A DNA stretch of 64,000 bases from an uncultured delta proteobacterium (lineage in GTDB: Bacteria > Desulfobacterota > WTBG01). This document shows positions 19,311-29,230 of this stretch, one piece after another. The notes under the pieces were generated by a model that did no database searches, was not told the DNA's origin, and saw nothing but the letters and a program-made list of their open reading frames with translations. The stretch covers positions 322,127 through 386,126 of the forward strand of contig CAWCBP010000004.1 of the NCBI GenBank assembly GCA_963793865.1, read 5' to 3'. Positions within the stretch are counted from its first letter, which is position 1; each line of letters begins with the position of its first letter. Made by a program: the position numbers and the translations under genes.

Positions 19311-20660
19311 ATGGCAAAAGTGTTTGATGTGGTAATTGTCGGGGGAGGCCCCGCGGGGCTCATGGCGGCAAAGGTGGCGGGGCAGAACGGCCTGGATGTC
19401 GCCCTGATTGAGCGCAAGAAAAATGTAACCGCCATTCAGCGCAGCTGCCAGACCATGGTGGCGATTGAAGACGAATACTACTTCGGGGAGCGGATGTATT
19501 TCGATGAACAGCAGCGCCGCATCGTCTTCCCGGTCAACAACTTCTCGGTTCGCTATGACGGCCCTTTCAAGAACTTCTATGCCTGGAACGTCTATACCCC
19601 TGACGGGAAGCACTGCGTACGGTTGGGTGATTACGAAAAAAACAAGCGGGGCGGAAGCAAAACCCGCCTTTCCGCCTTTTATAACAAACATGAGCTGCTG
19701 AAAGGCCTGATGAGCGAAGCGCTGGAAAGCGGCGTCAAGGTGTTCCCGGGCATGAATGTCATCGGGCATCGGCGTGCCGACGGGGTCAATGAGATCAGCA
19801 CCGCCGAGGGAAAGATTTTCAAGGGGACATTCACTATCGCCGCGGACGGCGTCAACTCGCGGCTGATGAAACTGTTAGGCCTCAACAAGCAGCGCTCCTT
19901 CTTCGGCACCATCGTGGGCGCGGGCTATTACATGCAGGGGGTACGGCCGCCCTATCCCGAAGCGGTAAATTATCCCATCGTATTTCATAAAGGCAGGCTT
20001 CCCATCATGCTCTGGGTCGGGCTCAGCCCTTATGGCGATGATGAATCCTGGGTATACGCGGGGGGATGCTCGCATCCCGAGATCAACTACCAGGAGGTCA
20101 TAGACCGCACCATCAAGGACAGCCCTTTTTCAGGCTGGTTCAAGGGTGCCACCATCCTCAGGCGGCACGGGCACGTGGCAAACATCTGGTCGCCCGCGCC
20201 CATCCCGTTTCAAGACAACGTGCTCATCACCGGCGACGCGGGCTGGACGGTGGAGGCGGAATGCACCGGCTCCATGATGACCGGCTCCAGGGCCGCAAAC
20301 GCAATTACCGAGGCGCTGCGCAACAACAAGCCCAACCGGGAGGGGGTGCAGCAATACATTGACTGGTGGTTGAAGAATTTACCCGGATTTATGGACTACC
20401 GGGAATTCCTCACCCTGCTGAGCGCGGGGCTGGTGGGCGAGGATGTGGCCAATTATCTCTACAAGCTGGTCACCGAAATACTTCCCTGCTCGCTCAATCC
20501 CTACAACCTGGTGAACAACATCAATGGATCGATCATGAGAAAAATGGATGTTATCCAGAAGGAGCGCCCGGATATCATCGCCATGATGCAGAAGATGGCC
20601 GCAGTGCCGGTTGAAGCGCAGATGAAGCCCTTTATAAGGACGGGGTTCCCGAATCGTTAA
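19311..20660 (+). CDS. FAD-dependent oxidoreductase (GGR/FixC-like)
   Basis: DVVIVGGGPAG, IAADGVNS, TGDAG motifs. Confidence 0.85.
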   Translation: MAKVFDVVIVGGGPAGLMAAKVAGQNGLDVALIERKKNVTAIQRSCQTMVAIEDEYYFGERMYFDEQQRRIVFPVNNFSVRYDGPFKNFYAWNVYTPDGKHCVRLGDYEKNKRGGSKTRLSAFYNKHELLKGLMSEALESGVKVFPGMNVIGHRRADGVNEISTAEGKIFKGTFTIAADGVNSRLMKLLGLNKQRSFFGTIVGAGYYMQGVRPPYPEAVNYPIVFHKGRLPIMLWVGLSPYGDDESWVYAGGCSHPEINYQEVIDRTIKDSPFSGWFKGATILRRHGHVANIWSPAPIPFQDNVLITGDAGWTVEAECTGSMMTGSRAANAITEALRNNKPNREGVQQYIDWWLKNLPGFMDYREFLTLLSAGLVGEDVANYLYKLVTEILPCSLNPYNLVNNINGSIMRKMDVIQKERPDIIAMMQKMAAVPVEAQMKPFIRTGFPNR

Positions 20661-20702
20661 AGAATGTTGTTTCGTTTCGACACCCTCATAAATGTACACC
20701 AG

Positions 20703-20733
20703 AATACCCCGCAGATCTCATGCGGGGTATTTA
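20703..20733. terminator. Terminator hairpin
   Basis: aataccccgca-gatctca-tgcggggtatt. Confidence 0.65.
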
Positions 20734-20756
20734 TTATTGTAAATCGTATCTGATGC

Positions 20757-20784
20757 GTAGGGGCGACCGGCCGGTCGCCCCTAC
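20757..20784. repeat. GTAG-type REP palindrome
   Basis: Perfect palindrome gtaggggcgaccggccggtcgcccctac. Confidence 0.8.
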
Positions 20785-20806
20785 AGATTTTTTTATTGTG
20801 CCGCCG

Positions 20807-21193
20807 CTACCTCAGGGGGAATTTGTAGATTCCGTAGAGGAAGGTGATGAAATCGATGAACCAGGCGATTTCCGTCACCCCGATCAGAACGTGAAAGGCC
20901 TTCGCCCTCCCCGCCCGGCGGACCAGCAGCGCCGCGACAAACAGCATCCACACCACAAAGCCAAACACGATCGCGGCGACAATTGCCCCGTTGCTGCCCT
21001 TGACATCCATCTTCAGCGCTGTAACTCCCGCCACCGGAAGCATGCTCACCAGAAAATCAAGCGCCACCCCGGCGGACATGATCCGCACCGCCGGCGCAGA
21101 GCCGTCCTCGCGAAACGATTTGGCCGCCCCCGCCAGAAACAGGCAATAGGCTATGATGTATAATATTTCGTTGAGTGTCATGGGATCATTCAA
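20807..21193 (-). CDS. Small 4-TM membrane protein of unknown function
   Basis: 128-aa hydrophobic ORF. Confidence 0.7.
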   Translation of the reverse strand: MNDPMTLNEILYIIAYCLFLAGAAKSFREDGSAPAVRIMSAGVALDFLVSMLPVAGVTALKMDVKGSNGAIVAAIVFGFVVWMLFVAALLVRRAGRAKAFHVLIGVTEIAWFIDFITFLYGIYKFPLR

Positions 21194-21257
21194 GACCGGT
21201 ATTGTATGTGCTCTTCCGGCACGTGAAAAATTTTAATACGAAAATAATATCTCCATT

Positions 21258-21285
21258 GTAGGGGCAACCGGCCGGTTGCCCCTAC
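21258..21285. repeat. GTAG-type REP palindrome (second copy)
   Basis: gtaggggcaaccggccggttgcccctac, with a compensatory change relative to the 20757 copy. Confidence 0.8.
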
Positions 21286-21305
21286 ATCCGGATAAGAATC
21301 AAACA

Positions 21306-21367
21306 GGAAGGGACGCGCTCCATCGCGCCCGAATATTGTATGCTGCCATGACGGAGCATGGCCCTCC
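21306..21367. repeat. Paired GC-rich REP-like hairpins
   Basis: ggaagggacgcgctccatcgcgccc ... gccatgacggagcatggccctcc. Confidence 0.5.
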
Positions 21368-21512
21368 ATATCACTACGCTCTGTCACGAAACATAAAAGG
21401 AATCCCCGCGGAAGCGGGAATATAATATATAGTGTTTTCATGCCACAGGCAATACCTTCTTTCCAGAAGACTCCTCTTGACTTACCCCTGCTGAAGGGGG
21501 TATCCTGCACCC

Positions 21513-23696
21513 ATGCCACTGACATCAGATAAAATATTGCAATTCATTCAATCCCAAACCGCCCGGCCCGTGAACCTCAAGGATCTGGCCCGGGCGATGA
21601 ACATCAGCCAGGAGGAATATCCCGCATTCCGGCGGCTGGTGAAAAAGCTCATCACTGACGGCTCCCTGATCATGCTCAAGCGGGGCAGGATCGGGCAGCC
21701 CGACCAGCTGGACATGGCCGTGGGGACGATTTCCATTAATCGCTCCGGCCGGGGATTTCTCGAGGTTGAAGGCGTTGAGCAGGATATCATGATAGCTGAC
21801 GCAGGGCTCCATACAGCCCTGGACGGCGACCGGGCGATGGTAAAGCTGCTGGGGGAGCGGTCCGGGCGTCCTTACGGCACGGTGATAAAGGTCCTTGAGC
21901 GGTTTGACAGAAACATCGTCGGCGTGCTCCACAAAAAGAACGAATTGTTGTTTGTCCATCCGGATAATCCTCGCATTCACCGGGACATCTATATTTCCCG
22001 CCAGGACTCCCTCCACGCCCAGGAAGGGGAAAAAGTGGTGGTAAAGCTCACCTCCTGGGATGACCCGCATACCAACCCGTACGGCAGAATCGCCGAACGG
22101 ATCGGCCCTCCCACCGCGCCGGGTGTGGATATGCTGGCCATCATCAAGAGCCACAATCTCCTGGAGGATTTTTCGGACGAGGTGATGAACCAGGCTGAAA
22201 AGGCTGCTGCCATGGATACCTCCAGGGAAATAGCGCGCCGGGCCGATCTCACCCGCGAATGCATCTACACCATAGACCCCTTTGACGCCAAGGATCACGA
22301 CGACGCCATTTCCATTGCCAGAACGCCCCAGGGCTATCGCCTGGGCGTGCATATTGCCGATGTGTCATTTTATGTCACTGAGGGATCGGCCCTTGACGCG
22401 GCGGCTTTCGAGCGGGGCAACTCGGTCTATCTTCCCGGCATGGTCATACCCATGCTTCCCGAGGTGCTGTCAAACGATGTCTGCTCATTGCGCCCCAACC
22501 GGCGGCGGCTGGCGCACTCAGTGATTCTGGATTTTGACCGCCATGGGAAAGTGCTCGGCTGGCAGATCATGGACACGGTGATACGCTCGCAGGCCAAGCT
22601 CTCATACGAGGAGGTCCAGGACTTTTTCAACGGTCAGCCTGTCACCCCGGGCGTTAGCCGGGTTGCCGACAGCCTCTTGCTGGCCCGTGAACTGGCAACG
22701 CTTTTAACCAGGCAGCGTGCCGCTGAAGGCTCGCTTGATTTTGACCTGCCCGAGGCAAAGATTATCTTGAACAAACAGGGAGAGGTGCTCGAGCTGGGTG
22801 ATAAGGTGCGGCTTGAATCACACCGGCTGATCGAGGAATTCATGCTGGCTGCCAACCGGGCAGTTGCTTTCGAGGCCTTCAGCAAGGACCAGCCGTTTCT
22901 CTACCGGGTTCATGGGAAGCCTGCCATAGCGAAACTGACCGCTTTCTCCGAGATGATGGGGCGGCTCGGCCACACCTTCCACGCATCTGAACACATCAAG
23001 CCGATTCAGTTTGCCCGCTTTCTTCAGCAGGTTAAGGGCCGGCCCGAGGAGGATTTCATCAATGAGCTTATGCTGCGCTCCATGCAAAAGGCAATCTACC
23101 AGGGAGAGAATATAGGGCATTTCGGACTTGCCTTTACCCACTATACCCACTTCACGTCGCCCATCCGGAGATATCCCGATCTTCTGGTGCACCGGCTGAT
23201 ACGCAAGCTGCGGCAGGGTAAGTACCCGGCCCCTTTCGCGCGCCGCGTAACCGGTCTGATCGACCGCGTCAGCGGGCACTGCTCTGAGACGGAGCGGGTG
23301 GCCGAGGCTGCCGAACGGGAAGGGGTGCGCACCAAGCAGGTCTCCTTCATGGCCAGGCACGTGGGGGACGAGTTCGAGGGGATCATATCCGGCACAGTGG
23401 CATCCGGCTTTTTTGTGAGGCTTACCAGCCTGGGCGCCGAAGGAATGGTGCGCCTGTCATCCGTGGATGATGATTACTATCACTACGATGAAAAGCAGTA
23501 CCGGATCATCGGGCGTCACACCGGCCGCATATTCAGGATGGGCGACCCGGTCAAAGTGGCGGTGGACAGCGTCAGAACGGAACTGAATGAAATCAACCTG
23601 ACCCTGGTTGAGACAGGCAGGGAAAAGAAAGGCATGGAAGAGGAAAAGCCCCGGCGCAGAAGCCGATCTTTCAGGAGGAGACACCGAGGACATTAA
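21513..23696 (+). CDS. rnr: Ribonuclease R
   Basis: TIDP.DAKDHDDA, HIADVS, LIEEFMLAAN, HFTSPIRRYPDL, S1 domain and basic tail. Confidence 0.95.
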   Translation: MPLTSDKILQFIQSQTARPVNLKDLARAMNISQEEYPAFRRLVKKLITDGSLIMLKRGRIGQPDQLDMAVGTISINRSGRGFLEVEGVEQDIMIADAGLHTALDGDRAMVKLLGERSGRPYGTVIKVLERFDRNIVGVLHKKNELLFVHPDNPRIHRDIYISRQDSLHAQEGEKVVVKLTSWDDPHTNPYGRIAERIGPPTAPGVDMLAIIKSHNLLEDFSDEVMNQAEKAAAMDTSREIARRADLTRECIYTIDPFDAKDHDDAISIARTPQGYRLGVHIADVSFYVTEGSALDAAAFERGNSVYLPGMVIPMLPEVLSNDVCSLRPNRRRLAHSVILDFDRHGKVLGWQIMDTVIRSQAKLSYEEVQDFFNGQPVTPGVSRVADSLLLARELATLLTRQRAAEGSLDFDLPEAKIILNKQGEVLELGDKVRLESHRLIEEFMLAANRAVAFEAFSKDQPFLYRVHGKPAIAKLTAFSEMMGRLGHTFHASEHIKPIQFARFLQQVKGRPEEDFINELMLRSMQKAIYQGENIGHFGLAFTHYTHFTSPIRRYPDLLVHRLIRKLRQGKYPAPFARRVTGLIDRVSGHCSETERVAEAAEREGVRTKQVSFMARHVGDEFEGIISGTVASGFFVRLTSLGAEGMVRLSSVDDDYYHYDEKQYRIIGRHTGRIFRMGDPVKVAVDSVRTELNEINLTLVETGREKKGMEEEKPRRRSRSFRRRHRGH

Positions 23697-23715
23697 AAGG
23701 CACATGTTATAAAAC

Positions 23716-23825
23716 TGTCGTTGCGAGGAGTCCCGCTTAAGAGGGACGACGAAGCAATCCCTGTCTTCACTATGAACGCATCGAGTTATACAAAATGAGA
23801 TTGCTTAGCGTTGCTCGCAATGACA
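23716..23825. repeat. Intergenic palindromic repeat element (GTCATTGCGAG...CTCGCAATGAC type)
   Basis: Terminal inverted repeats tgtcgttgcgag / ctcgcaatgaca and internal gaagcaatc / gattgct pairing. A partial end (cgcaatgaca) also occurs at ~31021-31030. Confidence 0.7.
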
Positions 23826-23870
23826 ACCTACTAATCAACCAAACATTAAATGAACTTCCTGGACGCGGCC

Positions 23871-24635
23871 CTAGACTCTCCTCAGCGCCAGCCTTCTCAA
23901 TGTCCAGGTGATTCCCTTGCGGGTGTCGCCGGACTCCTGTATTTGCCGAATCTCTTCTGCTATCTTCCTGCGCTCCTTTTCTGACACCCGCTCCCTTATG
24001 TATGCGTCCCGCTTCCAGACGCTGACGGTATTGGGATAATACCACGCGGCGCATATGCAGTTGGGAACCGGAATGCGCACCGGCTGATTATAAACAACCT
24101 CCGCTTCATAGCGAGCGTCCTTCAGCAGCCGGCCGGCATATAAACATCCTCCCTGGGCGGCAATCATACCCTTGGTCACCTGCACGTATTTTTTAAACAC
24201 CGCTATTCCGGTTTCTATGCCGTCAGTCTCTTCCATGAGCAGTATTCCAGTACGGTTTAGCTGCCGCACCCATTGATTTACCAGCGCCGCTTGATTTTTG
24301 AGGTGGGTGAGCAAAAACCGGGCGTAGATGAGATCCGCCCGCACCGGAAAGGGCGTCCGGGAAACATCATGCTTGAGAAACCGGCATTGTTTAAACCTGG
24401 ACGCTGCCGCTTTGAGAAACCGGGATGAGCTGTCCAGACCGCAGACATTGGGACAGGCGGCAGCCTCTGCGACCATTGCCGTGGTGAAGCCGGGGCCGCA
24501 GCCCAGGTCCAAAGCTGATGTGACCGGGGCGGTTACGTGCTGTTGAATGAACTGCCGCGAAAAGGGATTGAAAAAGGAAGCCAATGTCTCCAGACGCAAC
24601 GCGGCGGTTCGATCGGTGCCCAGCGTATATCTCAT
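23871..24635 (-). CDS. Class I SAM-dependent methyltransferase
   Basis: LDLGCGPG, GLDSS, DLIYARFLLTHL. Confidence 0.85.
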   Translation of the reverse strand: MRYTLGTDRTAALRLETLASFFNPFSRQFIQQHVTAPVTSALDLGCGPGFTTAMVAEAAACPNVCGLDSSSRFLKAAASRFKQCRFLKHDVSRTPFPVRADLIYARFLLTHLKNQAALVNQWVRQLNRTGILLMEETDGIETGIAVFKKYVQVTKGMIAAQGGCLYAGRLLKDARYEAEVVYNQPVRIPVPNCICAAWYYPNTVSVWKRDAYIRERVSEKERRKIAEEIRQIQESGDTRKGITWTLRRLALRRV

Positions 24636-24678
24636 GGGGGTGTATTCTCAGCAGGTATAGAAGCGCTTTGCAGGATAT

Positions 24679-25260
24679 TTAATTTCTCTCGGCAGGCTTT
24701 CTTCCTAAAAGGCCGGAGCGCTGAATAAGCGTGCTCATGGTCACCAGGCTTTCGACATCTTCCACGTGCCGCCTGATTTCCTCCCTTCCTCCTTCCTCCC
24801 GGTCCACCAGGGTAATCACCTTTACCACCAGCAGGCCCTCGCTGCGCGCGCTCTCGATGGCGCGGATGGTTGACGCCCCGGTGGTAATGACATCATCCAC
24901 AACCACTGCCCGCTCGCCCTTTCTTATATTGCCCTCTATCTTTCTGACGATCCCGTGGTCCTTTGCCTGCTCACGTACGTAAAAGGGCTTTATATATTTT
25001 CCCTTGTGATAGGCGGTCATGGAAACGGCATCCACGATGGGAATGGCGCCCAGCGCCGGCCCCCCTATGACATCAATGCCTATATCTTTTATTTTGTCAT
25101 AGATGAGACTGCCGATGAGATGCATCCCCTCGGGGTCGATGGTGACCAGCCGGCAGTTGACGTAATAGTTGCTGAGCTTTCCTGACGCGAGCTTGAAGCT
25201 CGGCGTATCGCTCATCTGAAAGGATCGCTCGGCAATCATCCGAATGAGTCTTTCCAGCAT
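24679..25260 (-). CDS. pyrE: Orotate phosphoribosyltransferase
   Basis: FKLASGK.S.YY, KDHG, VVVDDVITTG PRPP motif, VDREEGG. Confidence 0.95.
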   Translation of the reverse strand: MLERLIRMIAERSFQMSDTPSFKLASGKLSNYYVNCRLVTIDPEGMHLIGSLIYDKIKDIGIDVIGGPALGAIPIVDAVSMTAYHKGKYIKPFYVREQAKDHGIVRKIEGNIRKGERAVVVDDVITTGASTIRAIESARSEGLLVVKVITLVDREEGGREEIRRHVEDVESLVTMSTLIQRSGLLGRKPAERN

Positions 25261-25261
25261 A

Positions 25262-26477
25262 TCATCTCCTTGTTTCCACGGAGGGCAGAACGGGCAGCAG
25301 GGTCACCAAGGCGCGGTAGATAAAGACGATGGTGAGAACGAGCCCGAGGGTCAGGGCGAATTCCCCGATGGCAGGAACATAAGCCTTGATGGCGTAGAAC
25401 GGTTCATAGGCGATAAAGAAGACGGTTGACCGGTTGAGGAGAATCCCCGGCGACATACATGGCGGCGGCGATAAAGAGTGAGCGGGGCGAGCGGCGGACA
25501 TCCGAGGACATGAACATGAAAAAGGGAACCACCGTCAGCAAACCGAATTCAATCCAGAACATCATAACCGCAGGATGGGCCTCCATAAGATACAGGTAGC
25601 TTCCCCTCCAGAGCATGTCACCCAGCTTGACGGCAATATAAAGACCCAGCAGCCAGGGGATAATTTTCGCGAGCGGGGTGAGCACGTGCATCTCCGGTTT
25701 TCGGCCGAAGGCCCTGCCGGCAATCATCGATTCAAAGATGATCATGGCACAGCCCGACCGCGATGGCGGAGGTCAGGAAGAAGAGCGGCCACAGCTGCGA
25801 CCGGTAGAGCGGATGCATCTTGTAAGGCGCAATGACCATGAGGGTGCCGAGCGAGGACTGGTGCAGGCAGGAGAGCACGATCGCCGGCAATGATGAAGAT
25901 GAACATGATCTTGCCCAGGATATAATCCGCGAACCTGAGCGCCATGTCCACGCTGTCGTTGAAGCGGCCCAGCATGCCGGGCAGGTTGACCCGGCCGATG
26001 AACCGCTCGCAGACGATGGGGACGAACTCGATGTACAGCACCGTCAGGTAGATCATCACGCACATGCCGACTTCAAAGAGCACGGAGTTGCCCTGCCACA
26101 TGAAGGGCACCGTCGGATGCCAGACGTTGTACCAGCGCCCCAGGTCGAACAGGAGCCCGATGCCCACAAAGGTGTAGCCCAGCAGTCGCGGTCAGCAGGG
26201 CCGGGCGGATGACCGCGTGGAAGTGCTCGCGATTGAAAATGTAGACCAGTGCGCTCGAGGTAAACCCGCCGGCGGCCAGCGCGACGCCGGTGGCCACATC
26301 AACGCCGATCCAGAGCCCCAGCGGATACTGGTCGTTCAGATTGGTGACCGCCTCAAGGCCGAAGAACATGCGGTAGAGGCCGAACCCGAGCCCGCTGAGC
26401 ATGATGGCGGTCAGGGCCTTCATGCCGGGGGTGAAAAACGTTTTCTGCACCGGCGCCGCTTGTTCGTGGACGCTCAT
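25262..26477 (-). CDS. hmcC: NrfD/HybB-family membrane subunit (HmcC-like), several frameshifts
   Basis: Fragments: TNLNDQYPLGLWIGVDVATGVALAAGGF, DLGRWYN.W..., NSVLFEVGMC, HQSSLG (alternate frame), MIIFES, C-terminal LPVLP. Confidence 0.8.
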
Positions 26478-27409
26478 GATCTGCCTTCGCTCCCGCTCAC
26501 ATCCGGGTTGGAATGCTTACTTGCTTTTCTGTTCCGCAGCCACCACATGATGCCGCCCAGGGTTGCGTACAATCCGATGGGCGGGAGAAACCATTTGAAA
26601 ATCGCGTGCTGAATCGGCTCGGTGTAGCCCGGCGCGGGATGGTATCCAAGGCGTGGGGAAATCAATTTCCTCGAAAGGAACACCCGACAGATACAGCCAG
26701 GCGGTTCCTCCCACCTCCTGCTCCCCATAGACATGCGGAACATAGCGGCCGGGGTATTTCCGGATCAGCTCCCTTGCCACGCACGATAAGGTCGTTCCGC
26801 TTGCCGAAGGTCATCACCTCCATGGGGCAGGATTGCACGCAGGCGGGCACTTTACCCCTGGCGAGCCGCTGCTGAAAACAGAAGGTGCATTTTCTCACCT
26901 GGGGCGTAAGCACGTTGCCGATATTCATAGGCAGGCACCTGGAACGGGCAGGCGGCCATGCAGTAGCGGCAGCCGATGCACTTCCATGCGTCATAGATCA
27001 CCGCCCCGCTGGGGTCCCTGGTAAACGCGCCGACGATGCAGGCGGAAACGCAGGCGGGGTAAAGGCAGTGCATGCACTGGAATTTTGTAAAATAGGGCTT
27101 GCTGTCCCGGCGTGCTTTCGTAGCGGTTGACCACGGTGTAGGCGCCATAGTCCATCCGCCGCTTCTGCTTCGAATGCCGACTCATCCTTAAACCACTCCG
27201 CCGGCCTGCGGGGAAGGTCCGTCGTTGATCTCATTGCAGGCCTTTTCACAGTTCCGGCATCCCACGCAGCGCGTGGTGTCAACCAGCACGCCGCACTGAT
27301 CGGGATTGACCTGCAGGCGGGACGCCTCGGCCTCTCTCCTGCCGCCCAGCAGAAACAAGCCTGAAATACCCGCCGCCTTCTGTAAAAATGTCCGTCTGGA
27401 ACTTCTCAT
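26474..27409 (-). CDS. hmcB: Tat-exported polyferredoxin with C-terminal anchor (HmcB/HybA-like), frameshifted
   Basis: SRRTFL Tat motif; [42 protein letters not shown]...PACVQSCP; C-terminal TM helix. Confidence 0.85.
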
Positions 27410-29198
27410 GAATGCTTTGTGTGCCTTCTATTCTTTGACCGCCTGCGCCTGTTCTTCCTTCTTCTCCTCGTGACAGCCGGTGCAGGTCTGAGGCATGTCT
27501 TCTTCCTTGCCGCCCATCTGCTTGTGGCAGCCCAGGCATTGCTGGTGATAGGCGCCGAGCAGGGTCGGTATGGCTGACTCGGGTTCCTTCCGGACGGTGT
27601 GGCAGGTCGCGCAGGACGGAACTTGTGCCTGCTTCTCCAGGGGCCCAGATGGTGGCAGCCGGCGCAGACGGTGTGTCTCCTCAACGTGAAAATGCTGTGC
27701 CAGCTTGCTTTCGTTGCGAAATCTCGGTGAGCTTCTGCAGCGATCTGCAGGTGTTTCACCTTTGAAGGCTGGTATTCATTTTCCAGGACCTTGATCTCCA
27801 GCTCATCCTCAAGGTCTTCGGGGAATAAGCTCCTTCGGGTCGGGAAGTTTCCTGGCTGCTCGAGGCTCGCGAGCTCGCCGGTGTGGCAGGTGCCGCAGGA
27901 GGATTCAACCAGTCCTCCCTGAGGCGGTGGTGGCAGCCGGCGCAGTCCGCTTTCTTCTTCTCCGTCTCGTGGCAGCCGATGCAGCTCCAGGGCGATGAAG
28001 CCTCGTGGTGGGCCTCTGCCAGGGTGATGCCCTCACCCTCGTCGCATCCCTCCACCGTATGGCATTCGGCACAGGGCCGCAGGGTTTGATGGTGGCAGTC
28101 CTGGCAGGAACGGCTTTTTTCCTGGTGTCGCCTTGTGGTTGAAGGGCACCCCCTTGGCCCGGGCCCCTTCTTCTATCAGGATGAGGATCTTCTCTTCCTG
28201 TTCGCAGTCCTGGCGGGGAACGTCGGCCATTTCTTCGATGGTGCGCGCTGTACCCGTGTGGCATTCGTTGCAGTCAAGCGGCCCGCCCTTCTCCTGTTTC
28301 GCCTTCGCGCTCAAGATGGCAGTTCAAGCAGCGGAAGTGTGCGCTTTCCTCTTCGGTCAGGCTGTTCTTCTCATCGATCTCCCTGAGCCAGTCCTTGCAG
28401 GCCGGCTCTTTTCCCTCGGCCGCAAGCTGCGCCTTCCGCTGCGGGGAGAGATAATGGCAGAGTTCGCACTTCTCTTCGAGCGCCTTGTCGTGCTTGTCGT
28501 GAATCGAGGTAGTCAAAGAGCGACCTGTCGGCCAGGCGTCTTCACGACGTGCGCTTCCTTCACGTAGAAGGCCTTCCAGTCGAGGCCCCCGGCGTCCTCG
28601 GCCGCTTTGGCGGGTTCCGGTGGCAGGCGAGGCAGTCCTTGTGATAGGTGTCTCGCAGTACCTCGTAGTACTCGGGCATGACCGGCGAGATATTCCCGCT
28701 TCAGATACTCCTCGCTGATCGACGATGGCATTCGCCGCAGGTGACCGGTCCCGCCTTCTCCCCCGCGTCGGCTTGCTCCTGGTGGCAGCCGATGCAGGCG
28801 TCGTGATACGAATTCATCAGCGCGTCTTTATCGCGTCTCGTTCCGTTCCTTGGGAAAGGTAAAGAGGAGCTTTTCATCTTCGTCCTGGGGTGGCAAGGGT
28901 GCAGCCATCCTTTTCCAGCGCTGCGCGCGTGCTTGTCGTGGTTGAACTTTACCGGCGCCCTCTCCAGCTCCTTAAATATTTCCGGCAGCTCGATAAAGCG
29001 CGGCCGCTCCGGCAATTCCTTTTTCTCCACTGCAGGAGGCTGCACGTCGGGCGCGAGCGTCTCTTCGGTGATGCCGCTTTCCTGAACCACCGCATCCACC
29101 GCCTCTTCTTCCGAGGAAACAACCGCCTTCTTCCCGACCATCCCCAGGCAGAGGCAAAGAAACATCATGACCACCAATGCCGACCATTTCTTATTCAT
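27406..29198 (-). CDS. hmcA: High-molecular-weight multiheme cytochrome c (HmcA-like, 16 CxxCH), frameshifted
   Basis: Signal peptide. Across frames I count 15 intact CxxCH (CIGCH, CGECH, CLACH, CELCH, CLNCH, CNECH, CQDCH, CAECH, CIGCH, CAGCH, CGTCH, CAGCH, CATCH, CLGCH, CTGCH) plus one at ~28890-28903 broken by a 1-nt deletion. c3-type FNH..H distal ligands are present. Confidence 0.85.
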
Positions 29199-29230
29199 TC
29201 ACGTGCCTTGACCTGTAAACCGGTGCGCTC

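Noticed and set aside
25262..29198. Programmed frameshifting or selenocysteine recoding in hmcABC
   Set aside because: The breaks are numerous scattered indels, not in-frame TGA codons or a single slippery site.
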